Below are positions 1 through 13,204 of a stretch of DNA of 64,000 nt, piece after piece (the first letter of the stretch is position 1; each line of letters opens with the position of its first letter). The DNA is from Octopus sinensis. Taxonomy: Eukaryota. The notes below the pieces were generated by a model that was given only the letters and a program-made list of their open reading frames with translations, was not told the DNA's origin and did no database searches. The DNA lies in the NCBI RefSeq assembly GCF_006345805.1, contig NC_043011.1:63872464-63936463 (forward strand). Reading direction: 5' to 3'. Made by a program: the position numbers and the translations under genes.

Positions 1-560
1 TGATGGGAGACTTCAATCTACCCTGTGTTGACTGGACTACAAACTGTTTGAAACCAAGCACTCCCGCCTCAACCGCTTACAAAGAAGCAGTAGAATCACT
101 TTTCGACTTTTTTCTTGTCCCAACTTGTCCTTGCACCAACAAGTTATCAAAAATTTTGGACCTAGTGTTTAGTAACCACACTAACACTATACATAACATT
201 ACAGTATTAAAAAAACCTTCTTTTAGACTATGACATGGTTCTCGTAACATGAAATTCCACCAGCCTAAAGCTAATCCTAGTGACATCTCTCCAGCCATCC
301 ATTTGATAACATGATCTCCATAATGCCAACTGGGATGCAATCATGAACGAGCTATCACATGTTGACTGGTCCTTTAACATACCACACATCTCCACCGACA
401 ATAAAACATCTTGGCAGATCTTCTAGACACCGGCACAAACATTGGTGTCAAACACTCCCCACCAAGACCTGTCAACAAAAGGGCGAATCCCCTATTATAA
501 AAAAAATATCAGAAAAATATAAAGAACAACCAAAAAATTAAGAAACTAAAATACTGCCAA
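1..560 (+). mobile_element. CR1/L2-like LINE ORF2 remnant (APE endonuclease C-terminus and linker), degraded
   Basis: ORF 3-233 carries GDFNLP..DW and ILDLVFSN motifs; a downstream frame reads LHNANWDAIMNELSHVDWSF, typical of the CR1-group post-endonuclease linker; stops and frameshifts present. Confidence 0.7.
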
Positions 561-718
561 CAACAACACACACATTCGACGGCTATCGCACTGCTTGAAT
601 CCAAAAAATATAACTGCATTTTTAACAATTTTTTCTTCTTTTTGCTTATATATATATATATATATATACTTTCATACTTTCATACTTTGACAGGTTTCGG
701 CCATTATTGGCCAGGCCA

Positions 719-799
719 AAAAATGCATTGTTTTTTTGCAAAAGAATAATAATAAATATACATTTATTATTATTCTTTTTCAAAAAAACAATGCATTTT
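719..799. repeat. Near-perfect palindrome, ~37-bp arms with 4-nt loop
   Basis: aaatgcattgtttttttgcaaaagaataataataaat-atac-atttattattattctttttcaaaaaaacaatgcattt, one mismatch. Confidence 0.8.
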
Positions 800-1010
800 T
801 CTTTTTTCCCCATTCTAATTTTTAAAAAACTTTTTCATTTAAGTATTCTTGACAAGTCATACAATGACGAAAATCCGTTTGAATAAAATATATTTATATT
901 TTTATCAATTTATCATTTCATTAAAATTTTCTTTCATTTGAGCATTCTGCATTTTTACAATTTTTCCTTGCTTATCATTTCTCCACGTGCGGTCAACGCA
1001 ACCCCACCAT
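760..1010 (+). mobile_element. Penelope-like element 3' tail (pLTR fragment), homologous to 60880-61095
   Basis: Collinear similarity to the tail that follows a GIY-YIG C-terminus at 60129-60332; contains an HHR-like motif; followed by (TA)n. Confidence 0.65.
844..885 (+). ncRNA. Minimal type I hammerhead-like motif, U3-A8 variant, degenerate stem III
   Basis: tattc-TTGACAA-gtc atacaat gac-GAAA-atccgttt-gaata; stem I tattc/gaata, stem II gtc/gac. Confidence 0.5.
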
Positions 1011-1017
1011 TTATTGA

Positions 1018-1057
<40 letters not shown>

Positions 1058-1119
1058 TAGATGGTATAGATATGTGTACATACATACATACATATAGATA
1101 TATATATATATTAGATATA

Positions 1120-1158
<39 letters not shown>

Positions 1159-1211
1159 ATATATATATATATGATATATATACATACATATATATATATA
1201 TACCACAGATT

Positions 1212-1252
<41 letters not shown>

Positions 1253-1375
1253 TATACGTACAAATTATATATATTATATATATATATATATAATGTATAT
1301 ATATATATATATGTATGTATGTATATGTATGTATATATATATATATATGCAGATATATATATATATATATATAGT
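1018..1375. repeat. Compound (TA)n/(TACA)n/(TAGA)n microsatellite
   Basis: Direct reading. Confidence 0.95.
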
Positions 1376-1770
1376 TACATATCTTACGAAAATTTCGACC
1401 GTTAGACGATATACCACAATCCCCTATTTTGTCGGGTTTGTTCGAGTCTGCGCAGTGTTTTGAATAGTTTAGAAAGAGCATTTCGATAGAAGCACATGGA
1501 TCTATTGGTATGGTCTTTCCATCATTAACAGGAATCTTACTGATGAGCAGCATGGGTAATATAAATACTATTTTATACTAAATTGGCGAAACTGCAGTTT
1601 AAGAAATAATTAAGTTTGTAAAAGTTTTTAAACCTCATCTCACGAAATTTATCCAGCAGTGGATTAGTACACTCTTCGCCTGAATTGTAATGATATATGT
1701 ATAATATATGGCGTTGTACGGGTACACCGGGCGATTATAATTAATTTATTGTATCGCATACTGTGTGTAT
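1376..1770 (+). mobile_element. ~400-bp HHR-bearing island in (TA)n (solo retrozyme or pLTR candidate)
   Basis: Unique sequence bounded on both sides by TA arrays, containing a canonical hammerhead core. Confidence 0.55.
1535..1604 (+). ncRNA. Type I hammerhead ribozyme with long stem II insert
   Basis: tctta-CTGATGA-gc[37 nt]gc-GAAA-c tgca g-TT-taaga; stem I tctta/taaga, palindromic stem III ACTGCAGT, GUU cleavage triplet 1597-1599. Confidence 0.8.
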
Positions 1771-1774
1771 ATGA

Positions 1775-2160
1775 TATATATATATATAGATAGATATAGA
1801 TAGATATATATATATAGAGATATACATCTAATATATGTTAGGATGATATACAGAATACATACATATTTTATATATGATATTATATATATATATTATATAT
1901 ATAATATATATTATCATATAGTATATATGACTATTTTGTATGTATATATATGTATAATATATCATATTATATAAAGATATATATATATGTAATATATATA
2001 TATATCTGTATATATATATATCTATGTATATATATATATATAATATATATATATATATAGATATATATATATATATAGATATACTATATAGATATATATA
2101 TATATTATATATATATATAGATAAATATATATATAGATAATGTATGTATATATCTATATT
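1775..2160. repeat. Degenerate TA/TAGA low-complexity array
   Basis: Direct reading. Confidence 0.9.
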
Positions 2161-2164
2161 GTGT

Positions 2165-2285
2165 TGGAGTCGCGTGGAGCTTAGGTTTTTCGCTCATAAA
2201 CACACACATTGCCCGGTCTGAAATTCGAACCTGCGATCCCTCGACCGCGAATCGCTGCTCTAACTACTAGGCCATGTGTGTCACA
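2165..2285 (-). mobile_element. tRNA-derived SINE (octopus-type)
   Basis: Minus strand has A-box-like tggcctagtagttagagc and B-box-like ggttcgaatttc followed by cagaccgggcaatgtgtgtgttt; related copies at 62398-62620. Confidence 0.75.
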
Positions 2286-2899
2286 CAAACCACATTGCTG
2301 TTCATAAAATTTTCAGAATTCTGAAGCAAAAGCAAAACGAAAAACAAAATCTAACATATTGTGAAAGCGGAAATCTAAGACGGAGCTAAAGAAGTAATGT
2401 ATCACCATAATTATTTTAAAATTTAATATATTTACCTTGACTAATTTACTTCCATAACACCACCTTTGATACGAAATGTCCAAGTAACCGTTAATAATTG
2501 AAACGTGAAGCCAGATTACAATGATTAATGTGTGTACTGCAATATGCACGTATTAAACATAGTTTTTTTTTCTCTTGTGTTATCTTCGAAAAAGAGATTA
2601 TCTCCTGCATCAGGAGGAATGCACCATTTACGTTATCGCTTTGGAAAGGGTTCAATGGCGTAAAACTAGGCGTTGCCGACGGTAGGAAACGAGGCAGAGA
2701 ATAATAACAAAATATCTTAGAAGCTGAGGGTTAACAATGGAACAAGCTGTCAAGTTCGCTTCAGTGTTAGAAAGTAGAATGATCTTGCTGTCGCCTCACG
2801 TTCCATATGGGACAATGAGAACCAAATGGAGGAATTGACTCTTATGACATTTAACTGTCTTTTCCATTTCGTTCCATCCTTATTTTATGTTCGACACCA

Positions 2900-3388
2900 A
2901 GCAAAATGTTGTCTCTCCTTCTGATGTTACCCACTCCTATGCGTCTGTGGCAATGCTAAGCAAGTGATTTATGTTCACCGTGGATTTGGCAAACTCCAAA
3001 CAGACCTGTAATTTGACTCCATGATTATGAATGGTATTCACAAGATATAGGAAAGGTGTGGAAAGAGAGTCTCCCTGGAATATTCTTCTGCTTACTTGCA
3101 CTGTATTGAACTATTCAATTGTACATATTACGGCTCCTTATTATGCACTCATTGCCTTTTCCTCAAAATCATTTTTCATCCGCTCGAGCAGTTTCCCGCA
3201 CTCAGTAATCTGTCAGAGCGAATTATTGTCGAAAAGTGCTTTTATCGCTTTTTCAATTAACTGTCAAAATTCATTTTCGGGTGCGGAGATCCATTAATAT
3301 TACAATATGAGATCGGCCGTTCTCATGAAATCTTTTCAGTAACTATTTGGCTCTGCCACAAAAACAAAAAAAAATGATCTTCCCAGAA

Positions 3389-3390
<2 letters not shown>
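2900..3390 (-). mobile_element. Old, degraded Dong/R4-like RT fragment abutting a (TAA)n array
   Basis: Broken minus-strand frames give RRIFQGDSLS and VNINHLL, matching IFHGDTLSP and ISHLLYMDD of the Dong copy at 19-22 kb. Confidence 0.45.
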
Positions 3391-3449
<59 letters not shown>

Positions 3450-3509
3450 GCTATCATCATCATCATCATCATCATCATCTTCATCATTATCGTCATCGTA
3501 GTCGTCATG

Positions 3510-3554
<45 letters not shown>

Positions 3555-3562
3555 TTTATTAT
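3391..3562. repeat. (ATT)n/(ATC)n trinucleotide array
   Basis: Direct reading. Confidence 0.95.
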
Positions 3563-3649
3563 TGAGCGAGAGAGCAGTGCATGCCATCGAAGTGACTGCT
3601 GTGAAATATACGAAGGGCATTATTTCCATATGGTTATCTGTTATCATAA

Positions 3650-3920
3650 AACAGCGCGTGATCTTGCCTTTTGAATTTTCTTGAGGTCAAGTAGCACATA
3701 CCGCTCAAAAGGTCCTTCGATAAGGGTTGTTTAAGGATGTTGAACGAAACTCAAATAATTCGGAAGGTGAATTATCCAAACCCCAAAGAATTCCTCTCCA
3801 TACATGGCTATGATGATCCCCGCAACTTCTGCTTCTGATCAGGGATACACATATCGTCATTAACTACAGGACATGCTCAACTGATTAAGGTCAAATAACT
3901 GACAAGCAAGTCTGTGAATT
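3650..3920. mobile_element. Octopus-type interspersed repeat fragment, class uncertain
   Basis: Motif tggctatgatg..gatcagggatacacatatcgtc..ggacatgctcaactg recalled as a common octopus repeat; not verified. Confidence 0.35.
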
Positions 3921-4079
3921 TTACTATAGCACATATTTTATACAAAGACAAGACAATGTACATGACAACACTTCCAATCATTTAAGATGAGAAGCCGACA
4001 GAGCTGCAGTTCTGAAGGAAGAAACTAGACTATGCGCCTGGCACCTAGAATGACATCAGGCGCGCACAACGCTCTACCG

Positions 4080-4830
4080 TGCGTGTAATGGGATCGTTGA
4101 AGCGTTCCGCTTTTGAAATTTATAGAAGATGAGTGGTGGGGATGTGCGACGACGTTCTCGGGTATGTCTGGGCGCCGACGAGAATGAATTGGCTAATCTG
4201 TTCTGGAGGACTTTCTGGTCCGGATCTATCATGGATAATTTCATGATGTCGTAGGTCTGGTAGTGCTACCGTGAGGTGCTACTGGTTTGAGACAAGCTCT
4301 GCAAGTATGGATGTGCTGTCAGAGGGAATTGTCCGTGTTGCATGCAGTGTGACGGAAACGTTCTGCACGCCCTTATTGAGTGTTCGGGTATTGCTGACTT
4401 GTACGTTTACGTTGAAGAGTTGCTGTCATGTGTGGGAAGGAACCATTGTTCGGCCGAGTCTGTAGTGATGATTGCTTCGCTACTCTCCTTCAATCGTTTT
4501 CCTTTGCCTGACGGCTGTGGCAAGAGCAGTTGTTTGATGGACAAGGCTGAAAAGCATGAAGGCAGGTATATCTTTCATTGAGTTTTTCAAGTTTCAGGTG
4601 AAAAGGAAATTGAGACTGGAGACGGAATTGCTGCCCTAGGGTGGGTTTATTGAAAGGTGGATGAAAGCTGCGAAAATAGGCAGAGTGGATGGTACCTTTC
4701 TAAATGTAGACCTGTGAGTCGGGAAGAAGGAATTGGAGAGCGCACTTGCGCGTAGGGTTTCAGGCAAATCTCGGACAGTGAGGTTCTTAAATTATCCCTA
4801 GGAGTCTTCCTGTATCAGGAGGGCCACAGC
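4080..4830 (-). mobile_element. Degraded non-LTR RT C-terminal remnant (I/Jockey-like, tentative)
   Basis: GC-richer block; broken frames give TYKSAI and KVLQNRLANSFSSAPRHTR, resembling post-RT LINE motifs. Confidence 0.3.
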
Positions 4831-5045
4831 TCTCTCATGCCCCACTTTTGATTTACCTTTCTATTGTATGGATGTTTCTTTTTTTTTCCAGTGTATACCG
4901 TGTATACTTCTTCCTTATGTGCCATTTAATTATTATATATACAAAACCCTTACTCTTATGTATGCCTCTGTACTGTTCACCTCTTCTTTCGCCCATATGG
5001 CAAAAAAATGAAATAATAATAATAACATTATTATTATCTTAGTAA

Positions 5046-5077
<32 letters not shown>

Positions 5078-5104
5078 TAGTAGTAGTAGTAGTAGTAGTG
5101 CAAC

Positions 5105-5225
5105 AAGATGGCAAAAAGTTTAGCACGCCGGGTTAAATATGCATAGCAGCATTTTGTCCGTTTTTGCATTCTGAGTTCAAATTGCACCCAAGTCGAAGTT
5201 GCTTCGCATATTGTTTTGTTTTTTG
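5105..5225 (+). mobile_element. Octopus-type SINE fragment
   Basis: ttagcacgccggg..ttctgagttcaaatt..gtcga, same family as 23595-23752. Confidence 0.55.
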
Positions 5226-5394
5226 GGGGTATATGCGAAATACTAGATGAACGCTGGTGTCAGTCTAGCAGAATTATCATCAGCCATGAACTTGCTGTCC
5301 TTCTGCCAAACTTAGATTATTATTACTGATTTCTATCGTTATTAATTTTATGTTACTTGTTCTCGATAGCATCATACGTTCTTTCCTTATTTGT

Positions 5395-6010
<616 letters not shown>

Positions 6011-6025
6011 TAAAACACACACGCG

Positions 6026-6095
<70 letters not shown>

Positions 6096-7374
6096 TACAT
6101 GCATATATGTATACATATATATTTGTGCGCACGCATGTGTGTATGTGTATGTGCGTACGATATTGTGTTTTATTGTATTACATATATTCAATGGACGCAT
6201 TATAATCCGAATTGCCATTCATAGATATATTTGAAATTTTGCAGATTTCGTATTTAATCGGGTGTTACAGCATGCGCTAAATTATGTAAACAATATTATA
6301 TTATTTGAATGCATTTCACCAATTTTTCGTCTCAAAGTCTATTACATCAGGACTTGAATTTTGGTCTTGTTATTTTAGACACAAATTACAAAAATTAAAA
6401 CAGTAACAAGAGATTAGGAAGCATGATTTTTACTTACATACGTGCGAATACAATAATCACAGCTGCAGTGATAATTAGAGGATAGAGAAAGTTCTGTAAA
6501 AGAAGAGATAAATATTGATTGAGGCGTCGGCATTAATAGACGTTTTGTGTAAATTAAGCGACGATACTGTATAAAATTCTTTATTGCTTGACATATTTCC
6601 AATACGGAAGTCAAAGGTATTGTAATTACTATTTATTAATTGTTACCATGATTCTATTACATTCTTTAAACGTATCAATAAAGAGATGATATGAGACTGC
6701 AGTAGATTTAAGGAGACACTATGAGTGTTCTGTTACATCCGAATAGTAGTACCGTGTTTCCACAATAGTGTTCTATCCTACCATCATGTTCGTGCATGAA
6801 AGTGGGATTGAATATTTGCGTAGATTACGACTTACTCTTCTCGTTTACCTCCGTTATTTTATGTCCGTATACATCTGTGTGTATGTGTGGGTATGCGCGT
6901 ATATATACATATATGCGTGTTTACACCTATATGAATGGGTGCTGATGAAGGGGCAAATTCTCTTGAATAATTGTCTATGCATCTATTGCCCGTTTGTCAT
7001 CTTCGACCCTACCGTAGTTTACACTAGACATAATCAGATACGAAATATCATGAGATGACCTGGACAAATAAAATAACTGAATAAGTTACGAGAGATCTAC
7101 AAACGAAGTCACAAGGATTTGCCTGCAACATTATGTTGGAATCACTAATCCAAGCTTACATATATAAGTTCATGTGATCTTTTGTGCTTTTATATAGGTC
7201 TCTCTCTCTCTCTTTCTTTTCCTTTCTGTTTATGCGTGCTTATATATTTATGCAGAACATAAGTACATAGAAGCAAAGTACAACAGCACTCAGAAGCAAA
7301 TGGAGCGTAGAATCTTTCATAGTTCGATGTGCTTTTCGTTCCATAAGGAAGAATATTTTTTCTACTCTAGACAC

Positions 7375-7560
7375 AAGAGACGAGATTTGGTGGGAGGGTG
7401 CCAGTCGAATAGATCGACCTCAGTACGCAACTAGTACTTAATATATCGACCCTGAAATGATGAAAGGCAAGGTCGAACTCGGCGGAATTTGAACTCAGAA
7501 CGTAAAGACAGACGCAATGGCGCTAAGCATTTCGCCTGGCATGCTAACGATTCTGCCAGG
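7375..7560 (-). mobile_element. Octopus-type SINE
   Basis: atcgaccc..gatgaaaggcaaggtcgaactcggcggaatttgaactcagaacgt..gctaagcatttcgcctggcatgctaacgattctgcc. Confidence 0.8.
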
Positions 7561-7990
7561 ACGAATGTATTCATAGGGAAGAATTTTAAGTTGATGTGGG
7601 CAAATGTTTGATAATATTTAGATATAAGTATATTATTCTTATCAAACCAATTACAGGTTTCTTTTCCTTTCAGAGACTTTTTCCTGCACGGCAAATGAAA
7701 ATGTGATAGTGAAATGAAACAACATGCAATCATATTAGCTGGAATATTGAGATTTAGATTTTGTCGACCCTCTAAATGTTTGACGAACTTTTATACGCAA
7801 AGTTCGGTTGGAAATAGAGGTCGTTTGCGGGTAAGTTTTAATTCTATCAAAGCGACAAAAAAATTATCTAAATCATATTCAAAAGTTATCGATGATAAGG
7901 CTAGAAAATTAACGAGGGCAATCACCAAAGAACTGAAGGTAACAAAATAGACAATCAGAATTGTGGAGCCAGGCGTGGCTCCAGAAGGAA

Positions 7991-8027
<37 letters not shown>

Positions 8028-8028
8028 C

Positions 8029-8089
<61 letters not shown>

Positions 8090-8400
8090 AATAAAATACA
8101 AAATGGGATAAGAACGCAAACCATCCGGACAACTATGTGATACAAAAATGGACAGCAAAACAACCAGATAGACGATACACAAAAAAAAGACGGGTCATTC
8201 GAAGCCTTTTATCAGTCAAGAACCGGATCATCCTCACAATTTCGGCTGATTAATCTTGTGATTGCTCCAATCTGGCCAGCCCGAAGGAAAGACTAAGCTA
8301 AGACCATTAGATTCATTGGAAAAAAGCATCGAATGTATACGAAAATAAGGACGGAAAAACAGACGATGTTACACGAATATAGGTACAAAAATAAAATAAA

Positions 8401-8435
<35 letters not shown>

Positions 8436-8469
8436 TAATAATAACAACAACAATTATAATCATAATAAT

Positions 8470-8542
<73 letters not shown>

Positions 8543-8639
8543 GGACATAGCAACAGGCGTCTTTCGACTGGGGACGAATTGAATTCAGCTGGCGTGTGTG
8601 GAAATGAAGCCTGATATATATATATACATTACATTTAAC

Positions 8640-8740
8640 TTGTTCCAGTTATTGAATTGCAGAACCTTGGGGCCCTACCTAGAGCGGGTTATTCAGACGT
8701 TTGCGTAATGTTTTCAGAAATGCTAAACTGAAATATAGTA
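8640..8740 (+). repeat. Dispersed repeat; inverted copy at ~11095-11190
   Basis: cagttattgaattgcagaaccttggggccc..ttcagacgtttgcgtaatgttt matches the reverse complement of 11095-11190. Confidence 0.55.
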
Positions 8741-9878
8741 TGGAAGTGACTAAAACTTAATAGTTGTAATTGCCTGATTGTACCCATGAATATTTTACAG
8801 TCTCTGTACAATTTCAGTGTTATTGCGGAGTGAATGGAGAGGGATTGACTAGCATTAACACGGTATCTGTGTTATGCAAAAACGATAAGTTTTAGGTTGC
8901 TTCTTTTATCGTCACCAAAATGACGAAAGGCAATGTTAGCCATGGCAGAAATTGTAATCAGAAGATTCTAACGAACACAATTAAGCTAAACATTTTACTG
9001 GGTTTGCTAACAACTCTTTTAGCTGAATCTGATACAATATAGGAATATTCCAATGGTTTACATACCGCATCTTGGATGCTAGTGCTATGAGGAACAACCT
9101 GAAAATAAGGAAAGAAAATATTGAAAAATTGAAAGAAAATTCATAAACTTAGTCGGGTTTTATTAACATTCCTGCATTAAATAGATCCAAATTGGTTAGA
9201 CATCACATAATGTCCAATATGGAATGTACCGTTAAAATCCCGATTGTAAAAGTTGATTAAATTAACGAATGCATTTATTTACTACGCAGACTTGTATATC
9301 ACGTTGTTATTAATTTTGTAATGCATCATGCATTAAGTCTCCTAATACATTAATAGTAATATTTTATTAATGAGCAAAAAGTATGGATCATCGTGTTTGG
9401 TTAGTCTATTGCTATGACAAATCTGAAGGTTAAAAAGAAGTTTAAAACTTACACATCTTGTTTATAAAATCGTTATCTTATATTTAATGCTACTCGATAG
9501 AAATTGATAAGTAGTTATATTTCATACAATTGAGTTCATTCCTCAGTAAACACATATTTCAGCGAATAAAATGATAAATATATCTTACCACACACCATTG
9601 GTGATGGATGAACTTGAAGTATCCAGTACAAAAATCGTTTATATCGTTAAAACAGGAGTGGTAGACTTTGTAGCTACTGTAAGATAAATGTAGAATTTCG
9701 AATTTGATATAAAAAATACACATTCCACTCATGTCTTGGAAGCTGGGACGCCTCAAGTTTTAGGTCGTACTAACAGAGCATACATAGTGTCAACTGTATC
9801 TTCGAATTGAACTACAACACGTGTTTGTATAGAATCTTTGACGTGGTATAAAATATACATATATTAGGAAAAAGAAGG

Positions 9879-10136
9879 TACAATAATATCTCGCCATATC
9901 GCGGTCCACCTAACGCGCGGTTCACTTATCGCGCACTCAGTACTTCGCAGTTCACTATCGCGTACTGAGTGCATCACGGATTTTTGTGACTAAGATATGT
10001 AAGTTTATATGGCGGTCTCCTCAGAATATCGAAGGATTCTGCGATCGATTAGCATTTATTATTTCTTTTAGATTTTAATTATTTCTGTGCGAAGTTATGG
10101 AACGTAAAACCCTCGATAGTCGAGTGATTACTGCTT
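9879..10136. mobile_element. Tigger/pogo-like MITE
   Basis: Imperfect TIRs acaataatatctcgccatatcgcggt / accctcgatagtcgagtgattactgc; internal 11-bp hairpin gcactcagtac..gtactgagtgc. Confidence 0.5.
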
Positions 10137-11354
10137 TCGTAACTTTGGATACTTACTTATTTAGCGCTTCTTTACAGAAATTCTATGCTTTATATATCGA
10201 TATATATTTCAGTTAGTTTAGACGTTCTTTTGGTATGTTGAAATGCGTATATATCTGTGAGAGGATATGGTGTATGTCATTGCGTATGCACGCGTGTGTG
10301 GCGACTTTAAAAAAAATTTGATGAGAGGGAAAATAAGAGGAAAAGAAAGTGTGAAAGACATGGAGAAAACATGGAAAGTGAAAGAAGCATACAAATCGAG
10401 AAAGAGAGGAAAAAGAAAGGAAGAAAGAAAGAAGTGGGGTGAGAAAGTGGTTGTTTCTGGAATCGATGAAACGGCATTGTTTTGTTAAATGCAGTTGTGA
10501 AGTTACCCCCTCCCCCGTGAAAAAAGTATCTTTGTCTTGGTTACTTGAAGTCGATGACAATTCGAGATGTCATTTCTGTTTTAGTCATTGTATTGTCATT
10601 TGTCTTACATTGTTGTTAAGATTTTCATTGCAATTGGAGCAGACCTGGCAACAGAGGAAGTTCTCTATTTTGCCGTTCATATCAACATTTATTTTGAAGG
10701 GAAATAGTCTTTTAACTTAGATATAAGAGTCTCTGCCTAAATATTTGCTGATGCTGTTGCCTTTACATGCCATACGACTGTTATCTCCACCAGTCCTTGA
10801 CGGAGAACTCTCAATAATCCTCCGGTGGGAATTTTGCCCTTACAGCATCTTATTCAATGATTTTTTGGCTGACGTTTTCTGTTTGGCAAAACGGTGCGTC
10901 AAACAAATTATTCTATTTGGAGTCTGTACGTGTATTTTTAGTTTTCTTTATATAAACGCAGAAATAAGTTAGTGAGCATTAAAATATATTTTGTGAGGAT
11001 TACTATAACTCGTTCAATTAAGATTAATATAGAATTTCTTCACTAAAATATGAACGTATAGCTAACTCTCGTGCTTATATTTTACTGAAATTATAAAATA
11101 CGAATTACACTAAGCATTTCTACAAACGTTACGCACACGTCTGAAAACCCCCACCGGGCCCCAAGGTTCTGTAGTTCAATAACTGAAACAAGTAATATAT
11201 ATATATAATATTGAACGTATATGAACGTATAACTCTCGTGGTTATATCTTATTGAAATTATGGCAATGCATATTAGAACCCTCTTCATAGAATTTAGACA
11301 AAATTAATAGCGTTTCATAGTGTGAGGAAAAAAGTTGCTTATAGCATCAGTTTC

Positions 11355-11552
11355 AAATTTTGGCAGAAGGCCAGCAAGTTCAATGTAGGGGATAAATTGA
11401 TTACATCGAACCCAGTCCACAATTGGCACTTGTTTTATCGACCCAAGGCAAAGTCAACATCAGTGTAATATGAACACAAAACGTAAAGAGTGACGAAATA
11501 TTGCTAAGCATTTTCCGTGGTGTGCTAACGATTAAGCCAGTTCGCCACCTTA
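11355..11552 (-). mobile_element. Octopus-type SINE
   Basis: ttttatcgacccaaggcaaagtcaac..gctaagcattttccgtggtgtgctaacgatt..gccagttcgccacc. Confidence 0.7.
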
Positions 11553-12839
11553 TAGAGGCCCATGATGTTGCGTTTGCAGTACTCTTCCTGTCATTACAAG
11601 GTGTTCTTAGCTGGTATACAGCATGTTTCCGAGTAAACCTTTGCTTTTATGGGTATATTTCTTCTGAATTCGGTGAGAAATATATTTTTATCGGATGAAA
11701 TGTGCCGTACAGAGTTTTCAGGGCCAAATTTGGTGGACGACTTTCTAATATAATACTATCCTGTCCTTAGGTTATCTCTATATTTATTTTGACAATCTCT
11801 ATAAATCATATTTGGAAAGTATTAGCAAATGTATATTCGTAAATATACCTAATTGTCGGCGACTGCAAAAAGCCAAAAATTTACAAATCACGAAGTGTAG
11901 CGCTGAACGTTCATGCGATTGCCTTCTCATGAAACTGGTACTGTACTTCTAGCATCTTCAGAAATGTAGGTTGCATCATAAAAAAGCCATAGTAATGGCA
12001 TAATGTATATAGCTTGTCACTATTATCTGTTATTCAAATAATGTATCATATAGTAATATAAGCCTTCTTCCGTGGATCATGGTATCACCTGCCAGGTAGC
12101 TAACACAAACAAAGTATTTTTCGCTCTATGAAGAAAGTCGTAGAACCCAAATAAATAAAATTATATATATTTATGGTATTATCTGTTAATTTAGCTGGTG
12201 AAAACAATTAAATTATACGAGCACTCGTTTTCCATAAATTAAAATTGTGACTTGAGATGGTAGTAATGGCGTACGCTCTTCTTGCCAGCCTATTTCCTAG
12301 GTTGGTAAATCTGCATTCGAAGCAGCCTATACGTGATCTATGGGGTTCTTAAACCACGGGAAAGCGTCCATAATTTGATAAGCTATGTGATTTACACCTG
12401 TACTAACGTTTAGTCTTCCATACTAACGTTTAGTTTTCTTTCTTCTAATGATGACTGCCTGTTTGGGTAAATTTCTTTCTCCTTTTAATTATGCTTGGAA
12501 TGTTATTAGGCACAAGCCTAGGAGAAATATATCCGGATAATAGTAAATTTCAAGAGAGTGCGCAATATTTTCTGTGTTTCATATTCTCGTGTCATTTTGT
12601 GGTCGTTCAGATCAAGCAATCCGGTGAGGATAAGGTTTTCCCTTACTTAACGATTCAAATATATTGTTGTTTACAAAATCTACCGAGTATTTGGCACAGT
12701 CTGCGCATTTTATAGTTATCAAAAGATTGCTTTGGTACAATGGTAGAACGTCTGTCATACCTACAGAAAATATGGGTCCAGATCAAACAACCAGCCTTCA
12801 CTTTTTGACCGAAATGATAAGTATTAGGCTTACAAAGAA

Positions 12840-12930
12840 TAAGTCCTGGGGTCGATTTGCTCGACTAAAGGCGGCGCTCCAGCATGGCCGCAGTCAAATG
12901 ACTGAAACAAGTAAAAGAGTAAAAGAGTAT
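12840..12930 (+). mobile_element. SINE 3' end with gtaaaaga tail repeats
   Basis: ggcggcgctccagcatggccgcagtcaaatgactgaaacaagtaaaagagtaaaaga; related copy at 27850-27915. Confidence 0.65.
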
Positions 12931-13204
12931 AGCATGCGCCTCAACATTTCGTATTAGACGCTCGTGATTCCTATACATTTTTACTATTCTTTATAATTCT
13001 TCTGGTTTTCTACACGGCTCCTAAGTCCTGGCGAGGATAGTATGTTGCATGGCAATCACATGACTGGTAAATAGTAAATACACGGTGAAAATATTCGTCG
13101 AGTATTGAGTGTATGCAACAACAATACTACTTAGGCATGGATTACAAAAGAGGTACAGGAGAGGACACCGAAAACAAATATTAGGTACTTGTTATGCTCA
13201 TTTC

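Noticed and set aside
676-712. Minus-strand GGCC-aataat-GGCC-GAAAC-ct-GTC half hammerhead
   Set aside because: The CUGANGA side is absent (cut by the palindrome junction); not counted as an HHR
2165-2285. tRNA gene
   Set aside because: A and B boxes are present but there is no cloverleaf, and it has a SINE body and tail; called SINE
6942-6985. CTGATGAAGGGG..CTCTTGAATA..GTC
   Set aside because: GAAUA instead of GAAA and poor stem I; at best a decayed pLTR motif
9559-9850. RPSFQDM resembling a kinase C-terminus
   Set aside because: In-frame stop just upstream and no other kinase motifs
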